Translations under genes and position numbers: made by a program
Assembly (NCBI GenBank): GCA_964606975.1
Contig: CAZSGY010000006.1
Span: 24,814 to 88,813 of the forward strand
Direction: 5' to 3'
DNA: 64,000 nt
Source: an uncultured Gammaproteobacteria bacterium
Lineage (GTDB): Bacteria; Patescibacteriota; Microgenomatia; UBA8517
In this document: in pieces, positions 1 to 11,078 of the stretch
How positions within the stretch are numbered: the stretch's first letter is position 1
Layout: each line of letters opens with the position of its first letter
The notes under the pieces: model-generated
The model's database searches: none
What the model saw: the letters and a program-made list of their open reading frames with translations, nothing else
Told to the model about the DNA's origin: nothing

Positions 1-245
1 CCATAGTTAAAGGAACTGAAATTCCAGAATCTACAATTCCGGAAAGCTTTAAAGTTTTGGTTAGGGAACTTAATTCCTTAGGTTTGGCCGTAGATCCGAA
101 GGGTGCAGTCATAGCTAAAGAGGTTGAAGAAGAAGTGGCCCCCGAGGGTATAGAGTTAGCAAAAGCTGCCGGGGCGGAGATTGTAGCCACAGACGAACTT
201 TTGGAAGATAAAAGTCCCATGGAAGTTGAGGAGGTTTTAAATTAA
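1..245 (+). CDS. rpoB: DNA-directed RNA polymerase beta subunit, C-terminal fragment (5' truncated by window edge)
   Basis: Frame-3 translation ...IVKGTEIPESTIPESFKVLVRELNSLGLAVD... matches the conserved RpoB C-terminus; stop at 243-245; rpoC follows directly. Confidence 0.85.
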   Translation, partial: IVKGTEIPESTIPESFKVLVRELNSLGLAVDPKGAVIAKEVEEEVAPEGIELAKAAGAEIVATDELLEDKSPMEVEEVLN

Positions 246-259
246 AATAGCAGATTCAT

Positions 260-3200
260 ATGGAACAATTAGCAGATCTTAAAAATTTAACAGATTTCAA
301 AAGCCTTGTTATTACGTTAGCCTCTCCGGAGGAGATTCGTGCATGGTCTCGCGGTGAAGTGACCAAGCCGGAAACTATTAATTACAGAACGCTGAAGCCG
401 GAAAAAGACGGTCTTTTTGATGAAAGGATTTTCGGACCCACCAAAGATTGGGAATGTTACTGTGGAAAATATAAGAGAATCAGATACAAAGGGGTTATTT
501 GTGATAAATGTGGAGTCGAAGTAACTGAGGCCAGAGTCAGGCGTGAGAGAATGGGTCATATTACTTTGGCCACGCCGGTTGCTCACGTTTGGTTCTTTAA
601 AGGAGCGCCCAGCAAGATCTCTTTACTTTTAGGAGTGGCTCCGAGGGGAATCGAACAGGTAATTTACTTTGCCAGATATTTAGTTACCGAAGTTGACGAA
701 GAGAAAAGAAAAATTGCCCTGAAAAATATACAGGAAGCCAGAGAGGAAAGCTTGGCTGATATCGCTGAAAACTTCAAAGGCAGGCGCGATGCACTTAAGG
801 TTGAAGAAAACGAAGCCAAAGATAAAATTAAAACAAAAATTAAAGACAAAGAACAGGCATCGTTGGCCATGGCCGAAATTGAACTTAATTTGCGCAAGAA
901 AGAAGCAGCGCTATCTGAAGAAGAGAAAAATACTGAGTCAAGGACCAACCAGCTTTTTGAAAACTTAACTGTCATTATAAAGGGCTTAAAACCGTTAAGT
1001 ATTTTGAGCGAGGAAGAATTTGATGAACTATACGAACATCAGGCTACGGACTTCTTTACAGCCAAAATGGGAGCGGATGCCGTTTTGGAAGCCATTAACA
1101 AGATTAATCTTGAAGAGGTTTCAAAGGAACTTCGTGAAGAAATTAATTCTACAAAGGGTGGAAGTTCAAAATATATAAAGATTGTCAAAAGACTTAAACT
1201 TGTTGACGGACTTAAGCGTGCAAAAGTTAATCCGTCTTGGATGATTATGAAAGTTTTGCCGGTTTTGCCTCCGGACCTTCGTCCTATGGTCCAGCTTTCA
1301 GGAGGCCGTTTTGCCACATCCGATCTCAACGATCTGTACAGAAGAGTTATTAACAGAAACAACAGACTTAAGCATCTCATCGGTTTGGGAGCGCCTGAAA
1401 TAATTCTTAGAAATGAGAAGAGAATGCTTCAGGAGGCCGTTGATTCTTTGATTGATGCATCACAGAGAAAGGCTACCAGAAAATCCCGTGGCAGACAGCC
1501 ATTAAGATCTCTTTCTGACATGCTTCGTGGAAAGCAGGGAAGATTCAGGCAAAACCTTTTGGGTAAACGTGTCGATTATTCGGGTAGAAGCGTTATTATC
1601 GTCGGGCCCGAACTTAAACTTACTCAATGCGGACTTCCCAAGGACATGGCCCTTGAAATGTTTAAACCCTTTGTCTTAAGAGAAATGATTGCCAGAGGAA
1701 TTGCCCCTAACGTTAAAAGTGCCAAAAACATGCTTGAAAGACGCCCGCCGGAAGTGTTCGATATCTTGGAGGAAATTACCAAAGACCATCCGGTACTCTT
1801 AAACCGTGCTCCGACACTGCACAAACTGTCCATCCAATCATTTTACCCGGTACTTATTGAAGGAAGTGCCATTAGGCTCCATCCGGCGGTTTGTAGCGGA
1901 TTTAATGCCGATTTTGACGGAGATCAGATGGCTGTACACGTTCCTTTGAGCGAAAAAGCTGTTGAAGAAGCGAGAACATTAATGCTTCCTACCAACAACT
2001 TATTGAAGCCTTCAGACGGAGGTCCGGCAGCAACACCTTCCAGCAAGGAAATTGCTCTCGGAGCGTTTTACCTGACATCCGAAGATGCACGACTGGATGC
2101 GTATCCGACAATTTTTGCTGACAAAGAAGAAGCTATTTTTGCACAACAAACCGGAAAAGTTGATATCAGGCAAAAAATTAAGGTCAGAATTGGTAAAGAA
2201 ATTGTTGAGACGACCATTGGCAGACTCCTTTTTAATGAAGTTTTACCGGAGAATTTTGACTACATAAATGAATCAGTCACCTCTTCAGTAATCAAATCGT
2301 TATTTGTGAAGGCTTATGAGACTGTTTCGAGAGAAAGAGTTACCCAACTTGTTGACGATATCAAAGACCTGGGATTTTTCGGAGGCACAATTTCCGGTAT
2401 CTCATTTGGTATTTTTGATGCTAAAGTTTACCCACAGAAGGCAAAAGTATTAGAAGAAGCTGACAAGAAAGTTTCCGAAATTGAAGAAAACTTTAACCAA
2501 GGCCTTATCACCGCTGAGGAAAAAAGACGCTTAACTCAGGAAGTTTGGATCGATGTTTCTGAGGATTTGGCAGATAAGACCTGGAATGAAATGGAACCGA
2601 CAAATCCGATCCGCATTGTTATTGACGCCAAAGTTGGACGTGCATCAAGGGACCAGGTTAAGCAGTTGGCCGCTATTCGTGGTTTGGTCGTTGACCCTAT
2701 GGGTAAAATTGTTGAACTGCCTATTAAGAGCAACTTTAGGGAAGGACTTTCGGTTTTTGAGTACGTTACATCATCCCGTGGTTCCAGAAAAGGACTTACA
2801 GATACAGCCATCAAGACCGCCGATGCAGGTTATTTAACAAGACGCTTAGTAGACGTTGCCCATGATTTGATAGTCAGACTTCCGGATTGCGGTACCAAAG
2901 AATCCCAGGAGATCAGGAAGGATGTCAGATCCCAATCCTTCGCCGCCAGAATTTTCGGAAGATTTACAGCCAAAGACGTAATTGGTAAGGATGGTAAGAC
3001 GGTTTTAGTTCCTGCAGGGGAGATAATTAGTCAGGAAATGGCCAAAAAGATTGACGAATCCGGAATAGAATCTGTTTTTGTTAGATCACCCCTTACTTGT
3101 CAGGCAAGACATGGTATTTGTGCTAAATGTTATGGTTGGGATTTGGGTACAAAAAACTTGGTCGAAATCGGAATGCCTGTCGGAGTCGTTGCAGCTCAGT

Positions 3201-3979
3201 CAATCGGTGAGCCCGGAACCCAGCTTACACTTCGTACCAAACACTCTGCCGGCGTGGTCGGAGTCGACGTGACCCAGGGTCTTCCCAGGGTTGAGGAGCT
3301 TGTTGAAGCACGTCTTCCCAAAGTAGTCTCGGCCCTTTCTGAAATTACCGGTAAAGCCAGAGTTTCTGAAACTGACGAAGGTTGGAAAGTTGTCATTACT
3401 TCCAAAGGTACACCAAAAGAAGAAAAAGAATATATTATCCCCAAAACTTTGGAATTGGCAATTGAGGACGGAGAGTTAATCGATGCCGGCCGTGCTCTTG
3501 CCAAAGGTGCGCTTGATATCAAGGACATCCTTTCCATCAAAGGTTTGAGGGCAGCACAGGAGTACATAGTTGATGAGATTCAAAAAGTTTACGAATCCCA
3601 GGGCATTCCTATAAACGACAAGCACGTTGAAGTTATTGTCAGAAAAATGAGCGATGAAGTGAGAATTGTCACCACAGGAGACACACCTTTCCTTCCCGGC
3701 GAGTTGACATCGCGCGCGAACTTTAATGAAGAAAACGAAAAAGTATTGGCAGCCGGAGGCGAACCTGCAAGTGCACAACAAGTTGTACTGGGTATTACCA
3801 GGCGCGCGCTTTACACTGATAGCTGGCTTTCCGCGGCATCATTTGAACAGACCACGGATGTGCTTACAGAGGCCTCACTTTTGGGACGCGAAGATAGGCT
3901 TATAGGTCTAAAAGAAAATGTTATTATAGGTAGGCTTATCCCAGTATCTCCTGAGAGAGCGCAAATGACTCAAGTTTAA
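260..3979 (+). CDS. rpoC: DNA-directed RNA polymerase beta' subunit
   Basis: 1239 aa; N-terminal Zn-binding CxxC..CxxC, NADFDGD catalytic motif, conserved beta' blocks throughout. Confidence 0.97.
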   Translation: MEQLADLKNLTDFKSLVITLASPEEIRAWSRGEVTKPETINYRTLKPEKDGLFDERIFGPTKDWECYCGKYKRIRYKGVICDKCGVEVTEARVRRERMGHITLATPVAHVWFFKGAPSKISLLLGVAPRGIEQVIYFARYLVTEVDEEKRKIALKNIQEAREESLADIAENFKGRRDALKVEENEAKDKIKTKIKDKEQASLAMAEIELNLRKKEAALSEEEKNTESRTNQLFENLTVIIKGLKPLSILSEEEFDELYEHQATDFFTAKMGADAVLEAINKINLEEVSKELREEINSTKGGSSKYIKIVKRLKLVDGLKRAKVNPSWMIMKVLPVLPPDLRPMVQLSGGRFATSDLNDLYRRVINRNNRLKHLIGLGAPEIILRNEKRMLQEAVDSLIDASQRKATRKSRGRQPLRSLSDMLRGKQGRFRQNLLGKRVDYSGRSVIIVGPELKLTQCGLPKDMALEMFKPFVLREMIARGIAPNVKSAKNMLERRPPEVFDILEEITKDHPVLLNRAPTLHKLSIQSFYPVLIEGSAIRLHPAVCSGFNADFDGDQMAVHVPLSEKAVEEARTLMLPTNNLLKPSDGGPAATPSSKEIALGAFYLTSEDARLDAYPTIFADKEEAIFAQQTGKVDIRQKIKVRIGKEIVETTIGRLLFNEVLPENFDYINESVTSSVIKSLFVKAYETVSRERVTQLVDDIKDLGFFGGTISGISFGIFDAKVYPQKAKVLEEADKKVSEIEENFNQGLITAEEKRRLTQEVWIDVSEDLADKTWNEMEPTNPIRIVIDAKVGRASRDQVKQLAAIRGLVVDPMGKIVELPIKSNFREGLSVFEYVTSSRGSRKGLTDTAIKTADAGYLTRRLVDVAHDLIVRLPDCGTKESQEIRKDVRSQSFAARIFGRFTAKDVIGKDGKTVLVPAGEIISQEMAKKIDESGIESVFVRSPLTCQARHGICAKCYGWDLGTKNLVEIGMPVGVVAAQSIGEPGTQLTLRTKHSAGVVGVDVTQGLPRVEELVEARLPKVVSALSEITGKARVSETDEGWKVVITSKGTPKEEKEYIIPKTLELAIEDGELIDAGRALAKGALDIKDILSIKGLRAAQEYIVDEIQKVYESQGIPINDKHVEVIVRKMSDEVRIVTTGDTPFLPGELTSRANFNEENEKVLAAGGEPASAQQVVLGITRRALYTDSWLSAASFEQTTDVLTEASLLGREDRLIGLKENVIIGRLIPVSPERAQMTQV

Positions 3980-3980
3980 T

Positions 3981-4400
3981 ATGCCAACAGTAAATCAATT
4001 AGTCAGAACCGGCAGAAAAAGAATTCTAAGAAAGACCAAAACCACGGCTTTAAAGAGGTGGTTTAATGCTAAAACCAGAAAGTTTTCTGATTCACACTCT
4101 TCTTTCAAACGAGGGGTTGTCTTGGCTGTGCGTACGATGACACCTAAAAAGCCTAACTCTGCTCTGAGAAAAGTTGCCAGGGTACGCCTTTCCAATAAAC
4201 AGGAAGTTACTGCTTATATTCCCGGTGAAGGACATGAACTTGCCGAGCATTCAATTATTATGATCAGGGGAGGGCGTGTTAAAGATCTCCCGGGTGTCAA
4301 ATATCATGTAGTTCGCGGAAGATATGATACAACCGGGGTAAGCGGGCGCCAAGGCGGAAGAAGTAAGTATGGTGCCAAGAAAGGAACACCTACAAAATAA
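3981..4400 (+). CDS. rpsL: 30S ribosomal protein S12 (uS12), carries ~13-aa insertion near N-terminus
   Basis: MPTVNQLVR...[17 protein letters not shown]...[18 protein letters not shown]; classic S12 motifs. Confidence 0.95.
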   Translation: MPTVNQLVRTGRKRILRKTKTTALKRWFNAKTRKFSDSHSSFKRGVVLAVRTMTPKKPNSALRKVARVRLSNKQEVTAYIPGEGHELAEHSIIMIRGGRVKDLPGVKYHVVRGRYDTTGVSGRQGGRSKYGAKKGTPTK

Positions 4401-4404
4401 CAAA

Positions 4405-4884
4405 ATGGCAAGAAGAGGAACCATCAGACCAAGAGAAATTCCAGCAGATCCACTTTATGGAAGCAAGCTGGTTACAAAACTAATAAATCGTAGCATGATT
4501 GACGGTAAAAAATCCGTTGCCAGGCACGAAATTTACGAGGCTTTTGAGATGATCAAAGAAAAAGCCGGCACCGACCCTTTGAAAGTCTTCAATCAGGCAC
4601 TGGAAAACATTAAACCGACAATGGAAGTACGACCAAGGCGCATTGGAGGTGCGGCCTATCAAGTTCCCCAACCGGTTCGTGGCATTAGACGTGAATCTTT
4701 AGCTATCAGATGGCTTATTACTGCAGCCAATGCCAGATCTAATTCAGAATTCCATACTTACAGCGCGAAATTAGCTGCTGAAATCATGGATGCGGCCAGC
4801 GGTGAGGGTGCAGCTGTGAAGAAAAGAACGGATATGGAGAGGGTGGCCGAGGCCAATAAAGCCTTTGCTCACTTTAGATGGTAA
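4405..4884 (+). CDS. rpsG: 30S ribosomal protein S7 (uS7)
   Basis: MARRGTIRPREI... S7 signature; ORF-track start 4369 overlaps rpsL, so start trimmed to ATG 4405. Confidence 0.93.
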   Translation: MARRGTIRPREIPADPLYGSKLVTKLINRSMIDGKKSVARHEIYEAFEMIKEKAGTDPLKVFNQALENIKPTMEVRPRRIGGAAYQVPQPVRGIRRESLAIRWLITAANARSNSEFHTYSAKLAAEIMDAASGEGAAVKKRTDMERVAEANKAFAHFRW

Positions 4885-4972
4885 ACCAGTTTACTTTTGG
4901 AAGTTGTGTCTTTTGCTAGTGCAGAGTTCCCCATTTAGAATTTAGCATTTAGCATTTAGAATTTATTAATAT

Positions 4973-7141
4973 ATGGCAGAAGTAGCAAAGAAAAAGGCGG
5001 CAATAGTTATGACTGCGACTGAAGATCGCAATGTTTCCTATGAAAAAATTAGAAACATCGGGATTATTGCGCACATCGATGCCGGAAAAACCACCACAAC
5101 AGAAAGACTCCTCTTTGAAACAGGAAGAACTTACAAATTGGGGAATGTGGATGAGGGAACCACTGTAACCGACTGGATGGCCCAGGAAAGAGAGCGCGGC
5201 ATTACTATCGTTTCGGCAGCTATTACCGCTTTTTGGGATATCAAAGACAGTACTTCCGTTGAGGCCGGACATTACAGAATTAATATCATTGATACTCCCG
5301 GCCACATCGATTTTACCGCTGAAGTTGAACGTTCCCTCAGAGTTTTAGACGGCGCTCTTATGGTTTTTGATGGTAGAACCGGAGTTGAAAGCCAATCCGA
5401 AACCGTTTGGAGACAAGCAGACAAATACAATGTTCCCAGGATTTGCGTTCTTAACAAATTAAATTTAATTGGAGCCGATTTTGAGTCTTCGATTAAGTCA
5501 ATTAGGGAAAGACTCAGGGCCAATGCTTCACCGGTTATTGTTCCTATCGGTTTGGAACATGAACACAGGGGTGTAGTTGATCTTGTAAAAATGAAAGCAT
5601 TTACCTATAAAGACGTAACTGACCACGCCTTGACTGAGGAAGAAATCCCGGCAGATATTCTCGAAACAGCCAAAAAATATAGAGCCGAGCTCATTGAAAA
5701 AGTTTCAGAGTTTGATGATGAAGCTTTAAATATGTATCTCGAGGGCAAAGAGCCCGATGAGGTAATTCTTAAAAGAGCAATCAGAAAAGGTGTCATAACA
5801 GGCAAATTCTTCCCGGTGTTCGGTGGAGATAATCGTACGGCAGAAAGTCAGCTTTTGCTGAATGGAGTTGTCGAGTATTTACCTTCCCCAATTGATCTGC
5901 CTCCCGTTCGCGGAACAAATCCCAAAACCGGCGGCGAAGAAGTCAGGGAAAGAAAAAATGAAGCTCCGATGAGTGCCTTGGCTTTTAAAGTCATGACAGA
6001 CCCCCACGTCGGACGTTTGGTTTACATGAGAGTTTATTCCGGGTCTATCAAGGCCGGTCAGGAAGTTTACAACGCTTCAAAACAGAAAAATGAAAGGATT
6101 GGTAAATTAGTTCTTCTTCACGCGGACCAAAGAGAACTTATAGAAGAAGCTTTTGCAGGAGAGATTGTCGCTGTTGTTGGAGTTAAAGAGACTTCAACCG
6201 GTGACACCATTTGCGACCCTGCTCATCCAGCGATTCTTGAATCCATTTCATTTCCGGAACCGGTTATCTCTTTGGCAATCGAACCTGCAACAAAAAGCGA
6301 TCAGGAAAAAATGGGTATTGCTCTAAATAAGCTTTCCGATGAAGATCCGACATTTAGAATTAAAAGCAACGCAGAAACCGGACAAACAATTATTAGCGGA
6401 ATGGGAGAGCTCCAGCTTGAAGTTTTGGTCGACCGTATGAAGAGAGAGTTTAACGTTATTGCCAATACCGGTGCGCCTCAAGTCGCTTACAAAGAAACAG
6501 TTAAAAAGATTGGTGAAGGGGAGGGTAAATACATCAGACAAACAGGAGGTCGTGGACAATACGGTCACTGTCTACTGCGTCTTGAGCCTTTGGGTAGAGG
6601 TGAGGGATTCGAGTTCAAAAGCGAAATCAAAGGTGGGGCAATTCCCCAAGAATATGTCCCGGCCATTGAAAAGGGTATCAAGGAGAAAATGGAAAATGGC
6701 GTCATGGCAGGCTTTCCGATGGTCGATATGCGGGCGGTTGTTTACGACGGAAGCTACCACGAAGTTGATTCTTCAGAAATGGCCTTTAAAATTGCCGGTT
6801 CAATGGCACTTGAAGACGCGTTCAAGCATTCCGAGCCCATACTTCTTGAGCCTATTATGAAAGTCGAAGTCTTTACTCCGGGTGAATATATGGGAGACGT
6901 AATTGGTGACCTTTCCAGCAAACGTGCCCAAGTTTCCGGAAGTGAAGAGAAAGCAGGCGAGACCGTTATTTATGCACAAGCTCCGCTTTCCGAGCTTTCA
7001 GGATATGCAACCAAACTTAGATCTCTTACCCAAGGGAGAGCAAGAGCTTATGTAGAACCGTCACACTATGACGAAGTTCCATCCCACATTGCAGCCCAGA
7101 TAGTTGCGAAGAGCGGTAAGGTTGAAATGCCCAGAGGCTAA
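4973..7141 (+). CDS. fusA: Elongation factor G
   Basis: 722 aa; AHIDAGKTT G1 motif, DTPGHIDF, EF-G domains IV/V. Confidence 0.97.
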   Translation: MAEVAKKKAAIVMTATEDRNVSYEKIRNIGIIAHIDAGKTTTTERLLFETGRTYKLGNVDEGTTVTDWMAQERERGITIVSAAITAFWDIKDSTSVEAGHYRINIIDTPGHIDFTAEVERSLRVLDGALMVFDGRTGVESQSETVWRQADKYNVPRICVLNKLNLIGADFESSIKSIRERLRANASPVIVPIGLEHEHRGVVDLVKMKAFTYKDVTDHALTEEEIPADILETAKKYRAELIEKVSEFDDEALNMYLEGKEPDEVILKRAIRKGVITGKFFPVFGGDNRTAESQLLLNGVVEYLPSPIDLPPVRGTNPKTGGEEVRERKNEAPMSALAFKVMTDPHVGRLVYMRVYSGSIKAGQEVYNASKQKNERIGKLVLLHADQRELIEEAFAGEIVAVVGVKETSTGDTICDPAHPAILESISFPEPVISLAIEPATKSDQEKMGIALNKLSDEDPTFRIKSNAETGQTIISGMGELQLEVLVDRMKREFNVIANTGAPQVAYKETVKKIGEGEGKYIRQTGGRGQYGHCLLRLEPLGRGEGFEFKSEIKGGAIPQEYVPAIEKGIKEKMENGVMAGFPMVDMRAVVYDGSYHEVDSSEMAFKIAGSMALEDAFKHSEPILLEPIMKVEVFTPGEYMGDVIGDLSSKRAQVSGSEEKAGETVIYAQAPLSELSGYATKLRSLTQGRARAYVEPSHYDEVPSHIAAQIVAKSGKVEMPRG

Positions 7142-7149
7142 AAATACTA

Positions 7150-7179
7150 TTGACAGGCACGATTAGCCTCAGCTATAAT
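7150..7179 (+). promoter_or_regulatory. Near-consensus sigma70-type promoter upstream of tuf (TTGACA-18nt-TATAAT)
   Basis: TTGACA at 7150-7155, TATAAT at 7174-7179. Confidence 0.6.
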
Positions 7180-7204
7180 TCAATCTCCGGCAAGGAAATT
7201 AACC

Positions 7205-7233
7205 CTTGTAAGTTAAAAAAGTCGGTAATATAA
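7205..7233 (+). promoter_or_regulatory. Second candidate tuf promoter (TTGTAA-17nt-TATAAT), would give a ~3-nt leader
   Basis: TTGTAA 7205-7210, TATAAT 7228-7233, ATG at 7243. Confidence 0.4.
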
Positions 7234-7242
7234 TATATACCT

Positions 7243-8436
7243 ATGGCAGGTGAAGCAAAACAAAAATTTGAGAGAGCAAAACCACACGTAAATGTTGGAA
7301 CAATTGGTCATGTTGACCATGGTAAAACAACTTTAACTTCAGCCATCACTATGGTTTTGGCCAAAAAAGGCCTTGCACAAGCCAAGAAATACGAAGATAT
7401 TGACAGTGCTCCGGAAGAAAGAGAAAGAGGAGTTACAATCAATCTTTCCCACCAAGAATACGAAACAACTAAGAGGCACTATGCCCATATTGATGCCCCG
7501 GGTCATGCTGATTACATCAAAAACATGATCACCGGTGCAGCTCAAATGGATGGAGCAATTTTGGTTGTTTCAGCAGCCGACGGTCCAATGCCCCAGACCC
7601 GCGAGCATGTTATTTTAGCCAAACAGGTTAATGTTCCTGCAATTGTAGTTTTCCTTAACAAATGCGACATGGTTTCCGACCCCGAACTTATTGATTTGGT
7701 CGAGGCAGATGTAAGAGAACTTCTTAAAAAATACGGTTACCCGGGAGATGAAGTTCCGGTAATTAGAGGAAGCGCTTTGAAAGCTATTGAAGGCGACGCA
7801 GAAGCCGAGAAAAAGATTGAAGAATTAATGGAAGCTGTCGATACCTATATTCCTGATCCTGTCCGCGAAATCGACAAACCTTTCTTAATGGCTGTTGAAG
7901 ATGTATTTACAATTCAAGGACGCGGAACTGTTGTTACAGGTAGGGTTGACAGAGGTATTATCAAAGTCAACGAAGAAATTGAGATAGTCGGACTTAAAGA
8001 GACTCAGAAATCGGTTGTTACAGGTCTTGAGATGTTTAGGAAGACCCTTGACGAAGCTCAAGCAGGCGACAATGTCGGAGTATTGCTTCGCGGAATTGAG
8101 AAAAGCCAGGTTGAGCGCGGTCAGGTTTTAGCCAAGTCGGGTTCATTGACACCTCACACAGATTTTGAAGCTGAAGTTTATATCTTGAGCAAGGAAGAAG
8201 GCGGACGTCATACACCATTCTTTAGCGGTTACAAACCCCAGTTTTACATTAAGACTGCAGACATTACAGGAGAAGCCACACTTCCGGAAGGAATCGAGAT
8301 GGTCATGCCCGGAGACAATGCCAAGATGACCGTTAAACTTATTCAGCCTGTGGCCATGGAAGAAGGATTCAGATTTGCAATCAGAGAAGGTGGACACACC
8401 GTAGGTGACGGAGTCATAACCAAGATCCTTAAATAA
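7243..8436 (+). CDS. tuf: Elongation factor Tu
   Basis: 397 aa; [22 protein letters not shown] motifs. Confidence 0.98.
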   Translation: MAGEAKQKFERAKPHVNVGTIGHVDHGKTTLTSAITMVLAKKGLAQAKKYEDIDSAPEERERGVTINLSHQEYETTKRHYAHIDAPGHADYIKNMITGAAQMDGAILVVSAADGPMPQTREHVILAKQVNVPAIVVFLNKCDMVSDPELIDLVEADVRELLKKYGYPGDEVPVIRGSALKAIEGDAEAEKKIEELMEAVDTYIPDPVREIDKPFLMAVEDVFTIQGRGTVVTGRVDRGIIKVNEEIEIVGLKETQKSVVTGLEMFRKTLDEAQAGDNVGVLLRGIEKSQVERGQVLAKSGSLTPHTDFEAEVYILSKEEGGRHTPFFSGYKPQFYIKTADITGEATLPEGIEMVMPGDNAKMTVKLIQPVAMEEGFRFAIREGGHTVGDGVITKILK

Positions 8437-8471
8437 TTGCGCCAAGGCGGCGGAAGCACATTAACCTTAAG

Positions 8472-8780
8472 ATGGCAAGCTCAAGACTTAGAGTAAAACT
8501 CAAAAGTTACGATCATAGAGTAGTAGATGAGGCGGCAGCAAAAATAGTCGATACCGCTCTAGCTACTGGTGCAAAAATTGTAGGACCAATTCCACTCCCT
8601 ACAAAAAGAAGCATGATGGCCGTCAAGGAATCTCCATTTACAGACAAAGACGCGCAGGAACATTATGAAGTTCTGGTGCATAAAAGACTTATCGATATTA
8701 TTGATCCCAGTGCGCGCACAGTTGATTCCCTTGGGAATTTAGATCTTCCGGCGGGCGTAAGTATCGAGATCAAGATGTAA
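8472..8780 (+). CDS. rpsJ: 30S ribosomal protein S10 (uS10)
   Basis: RIRLKSYDHRVVDEAAAKIV... S10 signature. Confidence 0.95.
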   Translation: MASSRLRVKLKSYDHRVVDEAAAKIVDTALATGAKIVGPIPLPTKRSMMAVKESPFTDKDAQEHYEVLVHKRLIDIIDPSARTVDSLGNLDLPAGVSIEIKM

Positions 8781-8794
8781 GCCTCTTGGCTTAA

Positions 8795-9667
8795 TTATTT
8801 AAATTTAATTCCTTTCAAGTTCACCTTACAAGATAAAGGACTATCCACCACGATTGAGGCTCTCCAAAAATAGTTAAAGATTTTAATTGGTAAAATAGGC
8901 TCAAAATATTTTAAATACGGCCTTAATTTTTTAGCCAATCCCCAAACAAATTTTGGTACCTCAATTTTTTTATATTTCTTGTTTTTGGAGATATAAATTT
9001 TTTCAAATATTTCCGCCAACGTGAGGTTTTCTGCGGCAAAGGAAATCACCTGCGGACTCATCTGCGAAGACTTAAGTATAAATTTTACTGCGTCATCAAC
9101 ATAGATCAAAGCTACTTTCCCGGGCCAATCTAGCCTCGCAAAAAGGGACTTTTTGTCTACAAGCTTTCTCAGAAAATTTAAAAAACTATTTTTTCTCGGA
9201 TTTTCTCCCCAAACAGTCGGAAGTCTTATGATTGTCAATTTAAAGCCCTTCTTTTTAGATTCTGTAATAAGTATTTTTTCGGCTTCAAGTTTTGTTTTGC
9301 CGTATTTGTTGTTAGTGTACGGCTCGGTATTATTATCTATCGGCTTTTGGGTATCTCTTCTACCGGAAAAAATTGCCTGAGAGCTGGTAAAAATAAAATG
9401 TGTGTCCGGTCCCAATCGGGGGAGAGCTTTTAATAAATTCCTTGTTCCGATATCGTTGCATTTTTGATTGCGCTTTGAAGTGTCAGTGGCGGCCGCAAGA
9501 TGAAAAATAAGCCTTGAGTTCTTTGGTATTTTCTCAAGCCCCTTGCCGGTTGCTAAATCGTGCTTTTTTGCATCCAGAATAAACACCTTTTCACCGGGAT
9601 GTTTTTGCTTGATTAAGGGTAAAAGTTTTTTGCCGATGAATCCCGACGCGCCTGTTATAAGTATCAT
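8795..9667 (-). CDS. NAD-dependent epimerase/dehydratase family protein (extended SDR, nucleotide-sugar modifying)
   Basis: N-terminal ILITGASGFIGKKL Rossmann GxxGxxG; convergent with rpsJ; lies inside the S10 operon. Confidence 0.8.
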   Translation of the reverse strand: MILITGASGFIGKKLLPLIKQKHPGEKVFILDAKKHDLATGKGLEKIPKNSRLIFHLAAATDTSKRNQKCNDIGTRNLLKALPRLGPDTHFIFTSSQAIFSGRRDTQKPIDNNTEPYTNNKYGKTKLEAEKILITESKKKGFKLTIIRLPTVWGENPRKNSFLNFLRKLVDKKSLFARLDWPGKVALIYVDDAVKFILKSSQMSPQVISFAAENLTLAEIFEKIYISKNKKYKKIEVPKFVWGLAKKLRPYLKYFEPILPIKIFNYFWRASIVVDSPLSCKVNLKGIKFK

Positions 9668-9691
9668 GTTTTAGCAGTATAATACTTCCGC

Positions 9692-10681
9692 ATGCCGGCT
9701 AAAATAATTAAACATAAGTGGTTTTTAGTCTGTCTTGTTTTGGCCGTTTTTCTGGCATTTTTTAGAAATACACAAGGCACATGGCAGCAGGACAATTATG
9801 TAGGATATGCAGAGCACCTACCTTCAGACATAGGTCAAATATCCTTTTTTGATTCGAGGTTGCTTCCCGGTCTCCCGATTTTAATTTACATTTTGCATTA
9901 TTTGGCGGGAGATTTTTATGTTGCAGGTTATTTAATTACATTTTTGTCGTTTATCGGTTCTTACCTACTTTTATATAAATTAACCAAATCAAATTTGAGT
10001 TTTTTGCCACTGGTGTTTCCTCCTATACTTTTAAATCTTGCTTCGCTAATAGACACGGAATATCCGTTCATTTTTTTATTGATTCTTGGCTACTCTTTAA
10101 TAAAAGGCAGGCGTTATAATTTGGCCTTTCTGGTAATCGGCATTTCAGTTTGGTTTAGGCTCGCGGGAGTAGCTGTTATGGCTGGAGTTTTTGTTTATAT
10201 GCTATTAAAAAAGGAATTCCGCAAGGTTTTTGCAGGCTTGTCGTATTTTTTAATGCCAGTACTTTTACTTTCTTTATACAATATCCATTTTTTTGGATAT
10301 GAAAATCCTTTTTATCAGCTTTTCGCCTATCAAGCGCTGCATCCCGAAAGAATAAGTTTTGGGGCAATACAGCTGGTGCAGGATTTGATCAGGGCCATAA
10401 GGTGGGGTTGGTACAAGATTTTTATCTCAGGATTTTTTTACGTGATTTTCTATGTTCTAATGTACATTAAAACATTTAAAACAAAAGGCCTCGAATTTTG
10501 GATTATTACCGGTCTCTACCTTTTTACCTTGAGCGTAAATCTGGTTCCTTTTTTGGAAAACTTGGGAAGGTATCTTGCCCCTGCGGTGCCATTTTTCTGG
10601 CTTGTACACTACAACAAACTACAAAGGAGTGCGCTCGCAGTAGCAGCCATTATTGCCTCGTTTTTAGTGGTTATTGTCTGA
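9692..10681 (+). CDS. Polytopic integral membrane protein (~9-10 TM), possible GT-C-type glycosyltransferase / polysaccharide polymerase
   Basis: Highly hydrophobic 329 aa with multiple predicted TM helices; divergent from epimerase across a 24-bp spacer containing TATAAT (9680-9685). Confidence 0.5.
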   Translation: MPAKIIKHKWFLVCLVLAVFLAFFRNTQGTWQQDNYVGYAEHLPSDIGQISFFDSRLLPGLPILIYILHYLAGDFYVAGYLITFLSFIGSYLLLYKLTKSNLSFLPLVFPPILLNLASLIDTEYPFIFLLILGYSLIKGRRYNLAFLVIGISVWFRLAGVAVMAGVFVYMLLKKEFRKVFAGLSYFLMPVLLLSLYNIHFFGYENPFYQLFAYQALHPERISFGAIQLVQDLIRAIRWGWYKIFISGFFYVIFYVLMYIKTFKTKGLEFWIITGLYLFTLSVNLVPFLENLGRYLAPAVPFFWLVHYNKLQRSALAVAAIIASFLVVIV

Positions 10682-10723
10682 AATCCACTTGATACTCAAC
10701 TTGCATAAATATTATATTTAGCT

Positions 10724-10957
10724 ATGAGTAAAGAGTTGTCCCTGGACGTGGCTGGCATTATCGAAAAGCACCTCTCTTGGGACAAATACTTAGGATGTGA
10801 TAGCCAGGTGGCTATGAAGGCATTTGAGTTATACCAGGAACGGCTGGCCGAAGGTAGAGACGGTACTCCGGATGAGGACTGGCAGAAGGCGGAAGATTTG
10901 GTTAGGGAAGAATTTGCTATGGAATTTTTGGAAAAAACCGCCCCACGGCTTGCGTAG
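10724..10957 (+). CDS. Small acidic hypothetical protein (77 aa)
   Basis: Complete ORF after the membrane protein, followed by promoter/hairpin; no recognised domain. Confidence 0.45.
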   Translation: MSKELSLDVAGIIEKHLSWDKYLGCDSQVAMKAFELYQERLAEGRDGTPDEDWQKAEDLVREEFAMEFLEKTAPRLA

Positions 10958-10978
10958 GCATATCACTTCTGATATAAT
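10950..10978 (+). promoter_or_regulatory. Candidate promoter (TTGCGT-17nt-TATAAT) restarting the S10 operon upstream of rplC
   Basis: TTGCGT 10950-10955, TATAAT 10973-10978. Confidence 0.45.
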
Positions 10979-11051
10979 TGCCGTCATAACAATATGGTGG
11001 TTATGATCAAAGTCAGCCACAAAGACAGTCTTCGCTAGGTAGCTTCAGGAA

Positions 11052-11078
11052 AGCGCCTCGAGAAGGCGCCTTTTGTTT
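11052..11078 (+). terminator. Intrinsic terminator / attenuator-like hairpin in the rplC leader (GCGCCT-cgaga-AGGCGC followed by CTTTTGTTT)
   Basis: 6-bp GC stem 11053-11058/11064-11069, T-run 11071-11078; 46 nt upstream of the rplC start. Confidence 0.6.

Noticed and set aside
317-3781. Multiple antisense ORFs inside rpoC (317..586-, 664..975-, 1039..1380-, 1624..1833-, 2536..2814-, 3196..3567-, 3476..3781-) and similar antisense/alternate-frame ORFs inside fusA, tuf and the r-protein genes
   Set aside because: Embedded entirely within strongly supported conserved genes; shadow ORFs with no independent signals.
4369-4404. 5' extensions in ORF-track calls for rpsG (4369), rplC (11080), rplE (16748), secY (19539), second ABC-2 permease (32946), AI-2E (34779), macA-like (55478), macB-like (56514)
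   Set aside because: Extensions overlap the preceding gene and use non-ATG or upstream codons; conserved N-termini begin at internal ATGs, so starts were trimmed.
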